64,000 nt of DNA, taken from NCBI GenBank assembly GCA_002633005.1, contig NMRA01000146.1:147640-211639 (forward strand), given 5' to 3'. The notes below the pieces were generated by a model. It searched no databases, had not been told where the DNA came from, and was given only the letters and a program-made list of their open reading frames with translations. Position numbers and translations under genes: made by a program. Source of the DNA: Phoronis australis. Lineage: Eukaryota > Animalia > Phoronida. Below, piece by piece: positions 1-13,918 of this stretch (position 1 is its first letter; every line of letters begins with the position of its first letter).

Positions 1-1485
1 AGCTGCAAAGGTTAGGAAAACCATGCGAAGGTATAAAACGAGCTTCAATTTCATCGTTCTTCAAACTGACGCGAGTGACACGGGTCATGAATCTTCACTT
101 GGAGGAGATCTTTGTTTCCGTTTTGAAACGACACGCCTTTTTATTTGACGAGCATGATATTCGTTTCATCAAATTTCACTAATTGCTGGATTTTAGGGTT
201 CCTCTCATACGCAAATGGAGCCTCTGATTAAAATTTCATGTCCTAAATTACGTGTAGACTGTTCCTAATTCTTCGTAGTACTCCAAGTACATAATAAAAC
301 AATTGATTTAGTTATGCGACTGTCCAAACGGGCTGTTGTCTTACATTAGAGATTGATCATTAGCATAGGTCTATAGATCTGAATGCTAACTTCGATCTCG
401 CGCACCTGAGACTGCATCGCACATGCGTGGGATTTGGTTGCATTCGTTAGTCGTTTGAATACTGTCAGATATCATAATCTTTATCAATAAACACATTGTT
501 CTTTATTTCATCATTAACTGTCAACGTCAGCTGAATTTGCAGTGAGTAATTTACTTATTTGTCCATAGAATTTTTTATAATAATGTACTTTTTTAACGCC
601 TGGATTCAAACTGTACATGGTAGGTTAGAGGAGGACAGTGCATTGTGGTGCACAACTTTTGAATACGAGGGAGACTGATTATCTGAAAGCCCACTACGAA
701 ATGGAATGTCTATGGTTAAAGCGCGCTCTGTGTACGAAATTGAAACAGCGAAACGTCTGTTAATGATAAAATGAATGAATTTGGGTAGGGTTTATCTTTT
801 TTACGACTTGCTTAATGAAAACAGGGACCGCGCGGCATTTCGGCACACTCTTTTTCAACGGTCGTATGTAAACAGACACACAACTCTCGGGATGAAAACT
901 GTACATATAATATTTTATTTTGTTTCACATGGCATCGGTACATCTCGTTGCCTCGATAATATATCAAATCAGTGAATATACATGTATGTATGAAGGGACT
1001 GAAATGTGGGTACATACAGGTAAAAAATTGTGGCGGGTGATTCAATTTTGAGAGCCCCGCTCTTTAACCTTTTAACATGGATAAGCATTTAAAGGTGGTT
1101 CTGCAAAATTTTTGTTCTCGCTACATGTCACCTATTTCGCATTTGAAAGAAAATAAGATGCTTTGCTTGACCTATGATGAACATTGCAACAACATACAAT
1201 TTTTGTGAGAAATGTGTGAGATAATCTTCTTAATCTAAAGTCCAAATTGTGGAAAATAGCAGTGTCATGATGAACCCCTCGTGTACTAATTTTCGACTAA
1301 TGGACTAATTAGTCAACTAATTAAATTAGTTCACCAAACATGCATTATTGAGGACATCAATTAATGAAAGGTTCAATAGTAACACATCAATGAAATGGAG
1401 CATGCGGTTTTATAAGTGATTAATTCAGCCCGGGAATACATGTAGTTTCAAGCATTTTAAAATATTGCTAACGGATAGAGACAAA

Positions 1486-2620
1486 CAGACGATTTCATAA
1501 AGGTGGTTTAAAGTTAAACATGGTTTAAACTAGACTTAGACCAGGTTTAAAGATAACCTGCATTTCATAAAGGTGGTTTAACTTTTAGACCAGTGGTCTA
1601 GTAAAACCTGGTTTAACCCCAGTTTAGACCTGGTCTAAGTCAGTTTTCATTTCACCAACGAGGTCTATATTCTTTAGTCCTGTATTAAGATCTTAAACCA
1701 TGTTTAACTTTAGACTTGGTCAGACCCAGGTTTCAGTTAACTGTTAAATACGTCAGACTTGCATGGTATGGGTACAACTGAATGATGTCGCGGAGTGCAT
1801 TTGCGAGGAAGTTTTAGAGGAGAAAATGGACTATTTTCAATATTCAGTTTTATTACGGGGCGGATCTAGGATTTTTAAAGGGGAGGGGGCAGTCAAGGAC
1901 TTTTTGAAAGAGGGGACCAAGCCAACAATTTAAAAATTATAGATTTGATATAACTAAAATCAAGAGAAAAAGGGCTCCGGACACCTTGACCCCTGGATCC
2001 GCCTATGCGTAAATCAGTACGTGCTGGAGTGTGTCTTGCGAATTCATCAGAATACGACTGGTCGAGCAGGGCGTCATCGTCGTAAGCGCTACGGATTTGA
2101 TTTAAGGCTGCATCTTCTGCTTCTTCTGATTTCCACCTCCACTGTTCTCCGATTTAATGTTGCCAGGAAGGGGTCTTGCCCCCCCCCTTTGACCGCGAAA
2201 AATAAACACTAAAATGACGCGGAAATAAATTTGGGCATTTATCATGTTACATCTAATCATCAGCATGTTCTTTAATGTGTGTGTGTTGGGCACAGAAATT
2301 AAATTTTTCCTCAAGCTTTCAGACCTTTTTCGTAACTGTCTGCACTGATTCTATTAGTGTATGCCATTGTATACCCACGTGATCAAGGTTGCATTGAAGC
2401 ACTTGAATAGTTTCTTTGTTGGGTTTACCCAGCTCGACACACTGGGGTGCTTTAAACCTGGTTTTACTGAACCAGCTCCCTGGTGTAGCAAAACCAGGCT
2501 TTCAGACTCTTAAACCATGTTAGTGAAATGCAAGTAAGATCTAAAGTTAGACCAGGTTTAGGAAGACCAGGTTTAAGTCTTAAACTTGGTTTTGTTAAAC
2601 CACCTTTGCGAAATCGGCTG
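1486..2620. mobile_element. Non-autonomous PIF/Harbinger-like DNA transposon with subterminal palindromic repeats
   Basis: Terminal inverted repeats CAGACGATTTCATAAAGGTGGTTTAA (1486) and TTAAACCACCTTTGCGAAATCGGCTG (ends 2620) match at 23/26. AAA flanks both ends (3-bp TSD). Both ends carry many AAACCTGGTTT/AGACCAGGTTT-type subterminal repeats. Superfamily assignment is inferred from TIR style and TSD length. Confidence 0.75.
1855..2007. mobile_element. Short hAT-like MITE nested in the Harbinger-like element
   Basis: Ends GGGGCGGATCTAGG ... CCTGGATCCGCCTATG form an imperfect TIR with G-runs and C-runs inside, a common invertebrate MITE type. No clear TSD. Confidence 0.6.
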
Positions 2621-5600
2621 AAAGATTTTAAAACTTGGGTTCCTCACAGGCGTGGGTAATTTAGTCAGGTTTTCATAAAAACGACACAGCTTTGTACATT
2701 AATTGGACCTTCGGTGCCGTTTAGTACAAAACATTCTTCTGTAAACATTCAGGATGAAGTGACATTTACAAAACTGCTATAAAATATTGATATCGAAATA
2801 TCCACCAAAAACTAGCAGGTAAGGGTTTTTTGATACAACTGTAGATAAAACATGGACAAATATCTATTGTGTAGTTTTGAAACTTATTTTGGATAGCTCC
2901 TTACATTGGCCGCGGTGCAGAGATGTGAGGAAACGTGAGTATACAGATACTGTACACGCTGCCATGAACAAGAGACATTGGGACACATTTTCACGACTGT
3001 TATGAAAAACATTTGATTCCTGGCATTCAGCCAAAGCCTGTAATTGTCGTTTTTTGACTAATCTTGCCGAGAAATCGGGGATTTTGTGGAACCGTACCTC
3101 TAAAGTCCCGTTTAGTGATTCCATTATGAAGAAAAATGACAAAGTGAAAATGAAAGACATTAATTAGTCTGGGTTTGATAATTGCAACACTCGATCAAAA
3201 CTCGGTCGAGTAGTCAACAGTGAATTTCATGCGGGCTGAAATTCGAGAAAATATCCAGCATCCTGCTCTCAATAACAAACTTAAAGTATACAAGATGTAG
3301 CTGGTTTTTGCAGACGTGAAATATCCCTCTAAGATTTGTTTTCATAATATTTGTAGTACACCAGGACGGTAAATTTCGTCAACTGAATATAACCTAGTTA
3401 ATAGAGAACAAATTCGGTTCCCAACTTTTACAAGGGATTTCGAAAAAACTGTGTACTAGGCACTCCGGAACCACAACCATACAACGTGTATTCCATCAAA
3501 TCAAGCATCACCCGTGTGAGCTGTAGTTTAAAATAGGTTTCATGAGAATTTTCACTGGGCAGTTTGATCTTGACAATTTCCATTCCAATCACATGCTTTC
3601 AAATTTAAAAGGTTAACGTTTGTTTACTAGTTGTGCATTTTTGTGTAATTGTGAAACACGTTTGATCATTTTATTAGCCGAGACCCACAATGTCGTAAGT
3701 TACCATGAGTACTGAAATGACTGGAGTTGTTGCAGAAAATGTTGAAAATACCAATTGTGGAGTCAGGTTTCCTTCCTGTTGTGTCCGTTTGTCCAATATT
3801 TTATGTCATCCTGATTATTTATTTCAAATGTTCTGGAGTCACGCCGACACTGCTAACAGACAAATTAAACATACTCTTTTGGCTGAATTTTGGTCAAAAT
3901 CAGTACAAATTGAATTTTAACGGAAACCAGCTCATTAACACGTATTCTCAATTGATGAACTTCTTGCAGGATATCATTTTTGCAAAATATACGAAGCATA
4001 ATAAATAAAGCCTAATTCAGAGCTAAGTCTTGACTGATTAAACCCTGAGTGATTTTATGATTTTTTCTGCTTGTCTATTCATTAAATTTAAGATCAACAA
4101 CTCAAATTGGGCTGAACGGTTTTAATGGTATATTTTTGCCTGTCAGCCAAGATTTCATTTTGATGCCGCGGCAAATGTAATCTGTATCAGCCACAGGTAC
4201 CTGTTGGTGATTGGCTAATGCTGCTGTTAACAGTGCCTTCTGACGTTCGAAATATGTGGCACTTTTATCCGAATAACACAGTTTTTACCGAAAATGTACA
4301 ACTTAGATCTTTAAAAAAACTATAAATACTACATTTAGTTACACGAGGAAAAATGAAGTGTCACGTGAGTGGTGTGACTAAAAGTTTCCGACACCATGTT
4401 CCGTTTTCTCATTCCCAGTTGATGAGACTGTTTCTCCCCGTATTGTTCTGGACCCTGCTGCCCGTACTAGCCTCTAGAACGATTTTACAGTGTATTTGTT
4501 AGCACACTTACATGTATGTACAAGGCAAAAGTCTAAAAGAACCCCCTGAACGAGTAAGCGTGAAACTTATATGGGTCAAGTGATCCTTCCTCACAAAATT
4601 GTGTTGAAACATAGATACTCAAGGGGGAGGGGTGCCTCCACGGGGCTTTTGACCCAAACTATAAAGACCCCACGCCTATGACGAGGGAGCTCCAAAAAGT
4701 GGCCAGGGTGGATAGGGAGGAATCTGAATTTGGGACCACGAGTACCAGCGTCTGGAGAAGTTGAATTAGTTGACGCTTTCTCCAATAATGTTTAAACCTT
4801 CCTTCACACACCTGATAAAGTAATCGCGCGTGGAGGATGGGGGAATGGGGGTAACTGTTGTCGATAGAAGTTCGGGTAAAACGGGTGCCACTGGAGTGGG
4901 GATCAAAAATTGATGCCAATATAGGGGCGAAACGGAATGATGGCGGAGGCGAAACTCGACTCCACAGGTCGACAGACATTTGCTTGCAACCATCCCACAC
5001 TGAATCACTGAAGCAAGCCATCCCACGTAAATCATAGCACACAAAAAAGAAAATTGATGTCAATTGTGTGCGTGAGAAGCATACTTTTGCTTTGTAAGGT
5101 AGCCGTGCTGGTTGATTCACGGGTCGGCAGTATCGCCATATTTTCAATTACAGTATATTAAAAACGACAATGGATGCTTTTTGGACTCAGAAGTCACTAA
5201 ACGTTTGTGCGGTTCGAGAGAGGTTTACACCTCCAAAACTCTTGAATGTGGGCTACAGAGTTTTACCAATAGATGTCACGTTAATTTTGTCCTACATGTA
5301 AATACGGCAACAGGAGACATACGACTTCGTGAGGAAACGTTCGTGTGACGTTTTGGCGCAAGCTGAAACTGCTCTTAAATGAAATGGGTCCCGAATTCGT
5401 CCAAAGTGTCCGACTCCTGCACAGTCTGTAAATCAACATGCCTTGTGGGTCTACGGAACGCAGTCTCAGGTGTGTTCCATGCCTAAGCGGTGGATGGCAT
5501 GACATCTAAACGTTTGATCAGGAAAACTGGACTCGATTCTGCAACATTTTCATTAAATGATTTGATTAACTGAAACATGACTTTAAATCTCACTGCGCGT

Positions 5601-5910
5601 AATCGTGCTTTTCTCGCATGGAACGTACATGTATTCTACAGAACGTTACCCCAAACATGCCCTATTTGATGTCGTTTTTCAAGTACTTCCAATGATATTA
5701 TGGGCAATTGATGGAGCCGTTGTTGAAATTCCCTAAATTGCTTGCGAATGATTATTGGCTTCTTGTGAACTAGCTGTGGAAAATTATTTCTTCAATCGGA
5801 CATTTCCGAATTACACAGGGACGCTTAAATCTGGCGTTAATTTTTACCAACAGTGCTGCACCCTTCAAGCAGTTCTTCAGTCTCGTCTTAGATACATTAT
5901 TTTCACTGCA

Positions 5911-7121
5911 TTGAAGGAGAATGCCACCCGATTTAATTAGTCTTTTTTACCGTCTTAATCGGTCTATATCCACATCACCTTGTATACGGTCGGTCTTACC
6001 TCCCCGAGAAGTGTCGCGTTAACCTGTGAGGAAGGTGAGAAACCACGCAGCGACGTCAGTGGCTCTTCTGCAGAGTGAGTGCCGCTATGGTGTGGTGTAT
6101 CGTTCCCGCTTATGCGAACTATGAAGCTGCGGGGAAAGCGAGAATATCGTTTTTTTTTTTCGATTTCCTCGAGAGCCCAGAATGCTGCGGAAGTGCCTTA
6201 GTGAAGAATGTAAAGCACGCCGTTAATACCAAGTATGAGGCCGTGAAACTTCTCCGTGTTTGTCAGTGACCTGCATTTCGTTGGATCTGTTGTTGATCAG
6301 TTTTTGATTATGGAGAATTGTAGGTGACCATGAAAACGTAAACAGTTACATTTAATTCATGTTGTGAGAACATAACGTTTTATATAAGGTGTTTGATGAC
6401 TGACTCGTTCGTGAGGCTTCTGTTTGGTCCTCTGGATGTAAGATGTTTTCGCCAGTTCTTTTTCTAAGACCCCCCCAAAAACGAGACAAAGTCAATCTCA
6501 TTAGATAAAATTTGTAATGCCTTGGAGTTTTCGTGAGTGCAAATGTTTTGACCAGCGAGCAATGAACGAATCAATGCGTTACCGGCCGCGATGTGGTTGA
6601 TCGGGTTCGAAGCCTCTGGCCGGTATAGCAAGCGTTATGTGTGTTTAGAGCTGAAAAAAATCGCAAGTCTAAAATTACAACACACAGCTATGTTCTCTTT
6701 TCTGTATTTCACGGACGAATAATTGGAATTTACCACACCCCAAACTCCCGCGACGGATCTTGGTCAATTGGCCTACCGAACTTTGCAGGCTACGGTACTT
6801 TCAATTACCTAAAAATCCGTAACAGCGAAATAAAATAACGCGTTTATTCAATAAAGCGACATATTCATCAGCGTTTTACATCGAATTTTTATGATTTATT
6901 GGTGTAAGACGATGAATTCAAGCGATAAGCTGATACCCGTAAGCGTGTTGGGAACTGCTGAAAAAACTGCATGTGAAACCAATTACGTCATTGGATAATT
7001 TCAACACCTCCGTCTGCCGTCAGGTGACAGGTAACGCAACCGAACGTGTCGTTATCGAGTAGTACTACTCTATCTAAATTGATTCAAAATAGGTTGTTTT
7101 CTGGGTGGCATTCTCTTTTAA
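5911..7121 (+). mobile_element. TTAA-flanked non-autonomous DNA transposon (Kolobok-like), family A copy 1
   Basis: Starts TTGA|AGGAGAATGCCACCCG and ends CTGGGTGGCATTCTCTT|TTAA (TIR). Internal sequence recurs at 22010-23940 (minus) and 28183-28776 (plus). TTAA target plus RR termini are the established Kolobok hallmark. Confidence 0.8.
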
Positions 7122-7165
7122 TATCAGTTATTCTTGCAGTGAAGTCTTTATGCGTCATACTGCAT

Positions 7166-7273
7166 TCGAACCTCTGACGTCATTTGGTTAATTTCAACGC
7201 CTCCGTCTGCCGTCAGGTGTCAGGTAAAAGTGCTGTACTTGCTGTTATCGATTGGAACTATTCGATCTAAATT
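7166..7273 (+). repeat. Extra 3' subterminal fragment of family A
   Basis: TTCGAACCTCTGACGTCATTTGGTTAATTTCAAC...CGTCTGCCGTCAGGTGTCAGGTAAAAG...GATCTAAATTG repeats ~6985-7082 and matches the reverse complement of ~22050-22158 even better. Confidence 0.75.
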
Positions 7274-10200
7274 GTGGTGTGGTGAGCAACTCCTACGGCA
7301 GAAAATTGGATATACTTGAGAAGTATCCGTGGGTGCGATACTCTCTGACACAATTCCTTGACTCAGCTTTACATTTCTAAGACGAGACCAATGCAACAAC
7401 GAGTTTTTCTACTCTCAGGGGAATTGAGTCTCGTATTGAAATTGACTTACGTGCTGCCCCGCGAAATGTATTCTAGTGCTTTGAACTATCAAGTTGGAGT
7501 ACGTATTTTGAATAAAACACAATGTATATTTTGATTTGGGTTTTTTGATAGTTTCGGTATTTTCTAGCATGCGCACATAGATCGACCGCTTACTGAAACC
7601 TTTGTGGCTAACTAATTTGCCAATTCAACGTAACCGAGTAACTACTGCTTTCCAAGTGATCATTAAGCTCCGCATGAGATATGATTTACGGCGGCTTTCA
7701 TCCGTTATCTAATTAAATGAGTGTGTACCTAACCCGTTAAATTAACCTACTATTGTTTTGCAAATAACAGCCGTTATTTATTGACTGGGTGGCGGTAACA
7801 AGTCAGAGAACATCGACTAAGCATATGGCAGGTGCACGAAACAGTACATGGTGTAAGTTTACCGTTCACCCATTTCTTTTCTATTTAACCTTCTGTTTCA
7901 CTACATGACTTTCTGTTCTTCAATTTTTTCACCTCGTCTCGCACATTCAGGATCAATCTTCATTGCCGGTAGATGCGCTCAGTAAGTCTCACGCGGCTTT
8001 GTTAAATCTGTGGATGCTCATATGGGTCACAGAATTCATGTATAAGACATTACCTATTGAAAGTTCGAATTCAAAATTATAAAAAATGGAAACATTTACG
8101 GAACAAATTTAATGGAATCTTAGGGTCGCACTCTTTGTCACCGGTTGCAGGAGAAATTTTACGAGTTTGCAAGGACGAGAGGAACATGTCTACAAATTAC
8201 CTTACGAACGCAGATCATAAATATCGCAGGATGAAAGATTTTCAACTAGGACCTCTTACGGATTCGAGCAAAAAAGTACAAATCAACTGAGCAACCAATT
8301 GGATACTGGAAATGAGGTAGATAGCAACACGCCAGGAAAAGATAGTAAAATTCCGATATAGAAGATGAATGTCGACCAGTGATGGGTTACATGTGTCTGT
8401 GTTTGTGTGTCCGTAGAAAATCTTAGTTCTTGCGTTACAATGTATCTCTTGTTACACATTCTGCCTTAAGGCGGTGCGTACCGTGGTACACTGACGACTA
8501 CGTTTTTGTTTGACAACGCAACATTTTCTATTCATTTGGAGTTTTCATGCATTGTACTGTATCGATTTTAGAACAATATTTCAGTTCAAGTTGTGTCTTC
8601 GCATACAACTCGAATGGTTTTCCTCTGCAGGATCACAATAGAAAAATTCTTTGCGTTTTCAAAGTGGCTAAAATTTTTGACAATTACACATAACTTTTAT
8701 CCTCAGGTATAGCTTGGGTGTTTTATGAACAAGTTGCAGCTTCGCACTTTCCCGCAAGAAATTAGTTTTAAGGAACACATCGCTGCGACGCTAGCACTTA
8801 CGCAACTAACGTCAACACCTTTATAATCTCGCTGTTCGTGTTTAGTGAGGGCATGTTTCTTCATAGCTAATGCGCAGCGCTGATGCAAAACCTACCCTGT
8901 ACCCGACCCTCAACTCACGTGATTTTCCAACTGCGGAAGTGAGAATAAACAGTCAGGAATTCACCTGTGAGAGTTGCCGATTGCGCACAGGAGGTTGAAA
9001 CGAGGCCTCGTGAGTCCGCATCAGAAGTAGTTTGTCAAAGAGCCATTTTAAAGCGAGATAAATACCGTGAAACTTCATGTAGAGAATAAACTATGACATT
9101 AACTCATGTTGCGAAAATATCACTTGGGTGCTACGAAGAAAGTCAAAATAACCCATCTACTTTCTGTCAGACAGTAAAACCAAACTTTAGATTTGAAAAA
9201 CAATCGTCTCAAAAATCGATTGAGCACGTTAAGAAAAACGTAGTCCCATTTTCACTAAAATAACATTTTCAATGATGAAGTAGTATATTATGATTTCGCT
9301 GGGCTTTTGCTAACCCTAAAAATGGAGTTGCCGTAAGTGATTGGCCAATCACAGTGCCAGTTGCGTGCGTCCTACAACCCGGTCCAGGGAATCACAACAA
9401 ACAACTCAGTTTTGGATAAAATTAAGAATAAGAAAGCAACAGAGAGATAACCCTCTTCTCAAAAGTCACCTGGAATTACTTTGGATGCCTGGCATTAGAG
9501 GATTATCAATGGCCGCGCTTGTTTCGTCTGAAAATACCCGTATGTGGTAACGGTAGTGTCATGTGGTAAAGTTGCCGTCTTGTAATTTGTTTGAAGCTTG
9601 CACGCATATGTAGGTACATCGCTTGCGTAAAACAACGACAAATCAGCCTTCGTGGTCTACATGACCTTGAAGTCAACATTTTTGCGCCTTTACTTGTGTG
9701 CCCCGGGGATTTATACTACGTCATTATCTGATAAAAACAAGTACATGCATTTGTCCTTTGGAAAATAACGGCTATTGGTGTTGTCTAGATTTGCCATTGA
9801 ATTATAAGGTGAAAAAAGAGAATTCGCGTTTCTAAAAGCACGGAAATAAATCTCGAGTACACTTTTTAGCACATGCATTTAGCAAACTCAATCACACCAT
9901 CTCCTATTACTATTACCTTTAGTAATTGACCAAATTAGTCGAACAAATCGTCGAGAAGACTTCTGTGGTCTACAGGGCTTTCATCACTAATCGATTTTAA
10001 AAATTTGCTAATTCGCATGAATTGGCTGAGTTACAAAACTTAGTATTTTTACAAGGTTAGATATTAATGACAGATACAGTAGGCGATTGTTTATGTTATC
10101 GACTGATTTTTATTGAGTGCATGACGAAAACAAGTGAATAATATCAGTGACAGATTGTTTTGTGTTCATTAGGTAAGCAAAATCCGCCTATTTAATTAAA

Positions 10201-10708
10201 TACACATTTTTCTCGGAGATAATGAGCGAACGTTGATAGTAATTGACTTCTGTTTGGGTGATATCTCGTGTCAGTCGTACAGCTTTCTAAAGAGCATACA
10301 GTCGGTAAGTGACACTTGGAGTTTATTCTTTGTGCTTAATATCTACATGTGATTTGTTTTCCGCAGTTTTGTTTAATGAGATCCCGCGTAAGAGAATATA
10401 CTAACGTTTTTGCGGTTAGGCTAAAAGTCGTCTTTAATTAAGTGTTCTTTGTCTCTACAACGCTGAAGCCTTCTAATCTTATAGTCCATGTATCGGACAT
10501 GCAGGTACATGAATTCAGGCCAACGTGCCTTCATACGCAAATGTATTTCTTATGTGAACTTGCGCAAACAATACTGATCTAAACTTAGACACTCCTGGCA
10601 AACGGACGACGATTGGCTCATCCTTTACAAAACGGACACTTTTATGGGTAAAAGGTGTCCGAAACATCTAAACTAACGCATGCGCACCTGGAAGTGATAC
10701 CTGCCTCC

Positions 10709-10849
10709 CGTTCAGTAGCGCTAGGACCTAGCTTACAAGCAACACTTTGCGAGATTACGCGAGATATTGCAATGTATTTTAAATTAGAGCACGTGACCTT
10801 GACTAGCTTTTGGCTAGGTCCTAGCGTAGGTCCTAGCGCCTACTGAACG
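10709..10849. mobile_element. Small palindromic MITE (Harbinger-like)
   Basis: CGTTCAGTAGCGCTAGGACCTAG at the left is the near-perfect inverse of TAGGTCCTAGCGCCTACTGAACG at the right. The TAGGTCCTAGCG unit is duplicated. Confidence 0.6.
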
Positions 10850-13800
10850 CATGCCCGCTTGGGACTATACTTGAGGCGCTAGCGCATGCGTCCATATCAA
10901 AGTAGGGGGAACACCAAAGTAAGTGTTTTGTTCGACAAAAGGCAATAATCTTCGAATATGAGTACAGAAAACTTTTGTGACATATCTTGTCATGAATCCA
11001 TATGCATGTGTTTGTTCACAGCTTTAATTAGCCGTTTTTATTCCATTGTGAGAGACAGGGATCCCACAGACTCCAAACATACATGTATCCGTCTACCCGT
11101 AAAAAGGTCAAATGATCAATTGAGGAGGGGGGTGATATTGTTTTCGTTAACCATGAATGTGAACGTGGGATTTTCACATTCGTAAAAGCTAATTTGGATC
11201 CTATTGTAAACGTGATTTTGACTTTAACCCTACCGTTAAGCGGCATTCCTGTGTTAGTGAACCATGAAGCGCCCCCGGGGCCGTAATCCTTTAGTAAATA
11301 GATGTCGTGAGACGGGCAGACTTCCAAAGCACCAAATAAGCTTTGTTTTGGAATCATGTCAACTTTATTTAACACGACCACCTACCCGTAAACGTTGGTA
11401 TTGTAATAGCAAGATGGCCGATTAGTTTTCAGGACGAGAATTTCTATCGTCAATTTTACAAATTCGTATTAAACACTGAGGCATTATATTGGGTTGGCAG
11501 GCTTACTCCCTGCATTTTGAATTTTGTCTTTATTCGTGTGCCACTTCAGTGATAATTTGTCTCCGTTTTATTCAGGTGAGTTAGACTGTGACGTGTGTTT
11601 TCGTGAAACCATTAGAAACATTCATTTATTATACTGGTTGTCAGTAGTCTGTGGACGCTGGCTGACTATATCCGTGACATCTCGGGGTTGGTCTAAACGA
11701 GTTTACCTACAAATATCGTACACAAAATCGTGTTTGAAAATTCATCTTGACTCGTCCTAAAATAGCATCACTTATCAGGACTAGGCGGAGACATACTTCG
11801 CAGCAGAGTAAACACCTAAAGATCCAATCGAAGGCTGAAAGTTCAAACCGTCATCCATGTCCTTTACATTTTTGTTGGCAGACCTCTTCAGAACGAAATC
11901 AAGTGATAATCGACGAAAGCAACAGATACCTTTTCAGTCTTAGCTCATAGTACTTCGTATTCGTTCAAAGCAGTCACGCAAACCTGGGGAATCTCCAGTA
12001 ACACTAAGACCTTGTACGCTGTGGCATATCTAAAATCTAGTACCCAAAATAATGTGTTCTCATTTAATATATACAGCAATATCTCACGTAATCGCGCGAA
12101 GTCTTGCATCTTTGCGTGGTCCTCGCGAACTCACTGCTGGACTGGGAGGAAAAATCAAGCACTGTGATGCTCTCATAAAAAAGCACCTCATGTAATACGT
12201 CATCAGCCTCATGTTTATTAACCTTGTTAACGAGACTGGTCTTGAAAATTGTAATTGTCCAATCAAATATGTTGTTTGGTTAAGGTTACGAAAGGCAAGC
12301 AACGTGATATCGGTTTAGTCTGAAGTCTCAAGTAATAGTGGTGATGATTGGCTTACACAGTGTACACATTGCATTCACAATACTGTGCTAAACGTCATTT
12401 CATTCTATCTGGCACCCATTTCAACTAATGCCTTAATTGTAACCCTGTAACTACGCTCCCACAGCATTACGGCGTTCTCCCGTTCAGTGACTTTACCAGA
12501 CGTAGAGGGTTGTGAGCGTGTGGCAACATCCTAGCTCCTTCGTTAAATGCCAAGCGCAGTGTTTTGTGTGGTATGACAACAGGCAGACCAATTGACCTTA
12601 CGCCTGAAACTGAATGATAGGTGAGATTGACCAATCAGAGTGCTGCATTCCGGACACTCCTCCAACAGCAGTTCAAGTCGCCATCTTTTCCGACAAACAT
12701 TAGCGGCTGTCGGACAAGACACATTCAACTACAATGTGTATCTTAAATGGCCAAGAGGTGTTGTTATGGTGTGTATAATTCAGATAGTCGTCATACCGAC
12801 AGATATGAAAGTCCTGTCAATTTTTGGCCTTTTCCAAAGCCTAAAAGTGACGTTGTAATGAGCAAATGGTGGATTAATTGAACCGTGTGTACTTCCGAAC
12901 GAGCTGCCTTACCCGTAAACGTTGTTTGACCACTCGAGAACTAAACACACGTATGTTCTAAGGTATGCACTCTTTTCAATATTTCTTCGCAATTTCGGAA
13001 TTTTGGATCTGGATTACGGTCTTGTTCAGTGTGTGACCCGCCAGCTATCTTCAATCACTTTCTGGTTCATTTTAACCATGGCAACCATTTCCATAGCACT
13101 GACGAAAACGAGTCAAAACATATAGTCTACCAAGAGTCAAAATGCATTGCATGCCTACCTACTTACTCATTAGACGCTTCTACATCTAGTACTGACTTTG
13201 AGTGTTGTTATACATGTAGGCCTGTTCCTATTCCTAAGTAAGCACTTCTCTTTTTTTCGATATTTCAATTTAATGCTCCTGACCACTTGTTTTTTTCTTA
13301 CCGGGAATGGGTTGATATCTTTCCATTTTATTACCTTTAAACTTGAATTACTGAAACAGTGGTAAATATTGATCGCCAAGGAAACTTGCGAACCCAGCCC
13401 TGAACTGTCCAGATTTCAGCTACACCGAACACTTCACAGAAAACAAAATTGCACGTATCACTAGTTCAAGTTTAATCTGTATAAGAACTCAAATCGGAAA
13501 AAATATACGAAAGTGAAAATATGGTGATAGCCAAACAGAACATCTGGAATTTCTGTGCAATTTCGGCTCTACTGACTACAAAACTGATCTAGCTTTTTGT
13601 CAGTCATAAAAATGAAGAGTGGGCACACATCTGCTTCCTAGTATAAAATCTGGTTAAACGAGATTGAAAGAATATAAAAAGAATAATCCATATGATATTG
13701 TTAACTCTCATCAGCGTTTGTAAGTCCACCGAGTATATCAATACTCACGGTAACGTCGTTTATACCACAATATTAGCGTCAAATGGCAGATACAACCGTG

Positions 13801-13850
13801 TAATAACCCATGAAGTTATCTCACTAGTGAGGTAACGTTTTGGCGGGAAA

Positions 13851-13918
13851 CCGAGGACGGAGTCGAACGCGGAACCATGGAGTTGCTGGTCGCCGACTTT
13901 GCCATTTCACCACGCAGC
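13851..13918 (-). mobile_element. tRNA-derived SINE head or tRNA pseudogene
   Basis: Minus strand reads gctgcg-TGGTGAAATGG (A box)-33 nt-GTTCGACTCC (B box), a tRNA-like spacing. No proper acceptor or anticodon stem, so not an intact tRNA. Confidence 0.55.

Noticed and set aside
4591-5147. GC-richer block with overlapping ORFs up to 162 aa
   Set aside because: No recognisable motif in any frame. It may be a mobile-element relic but cannot be assigned.
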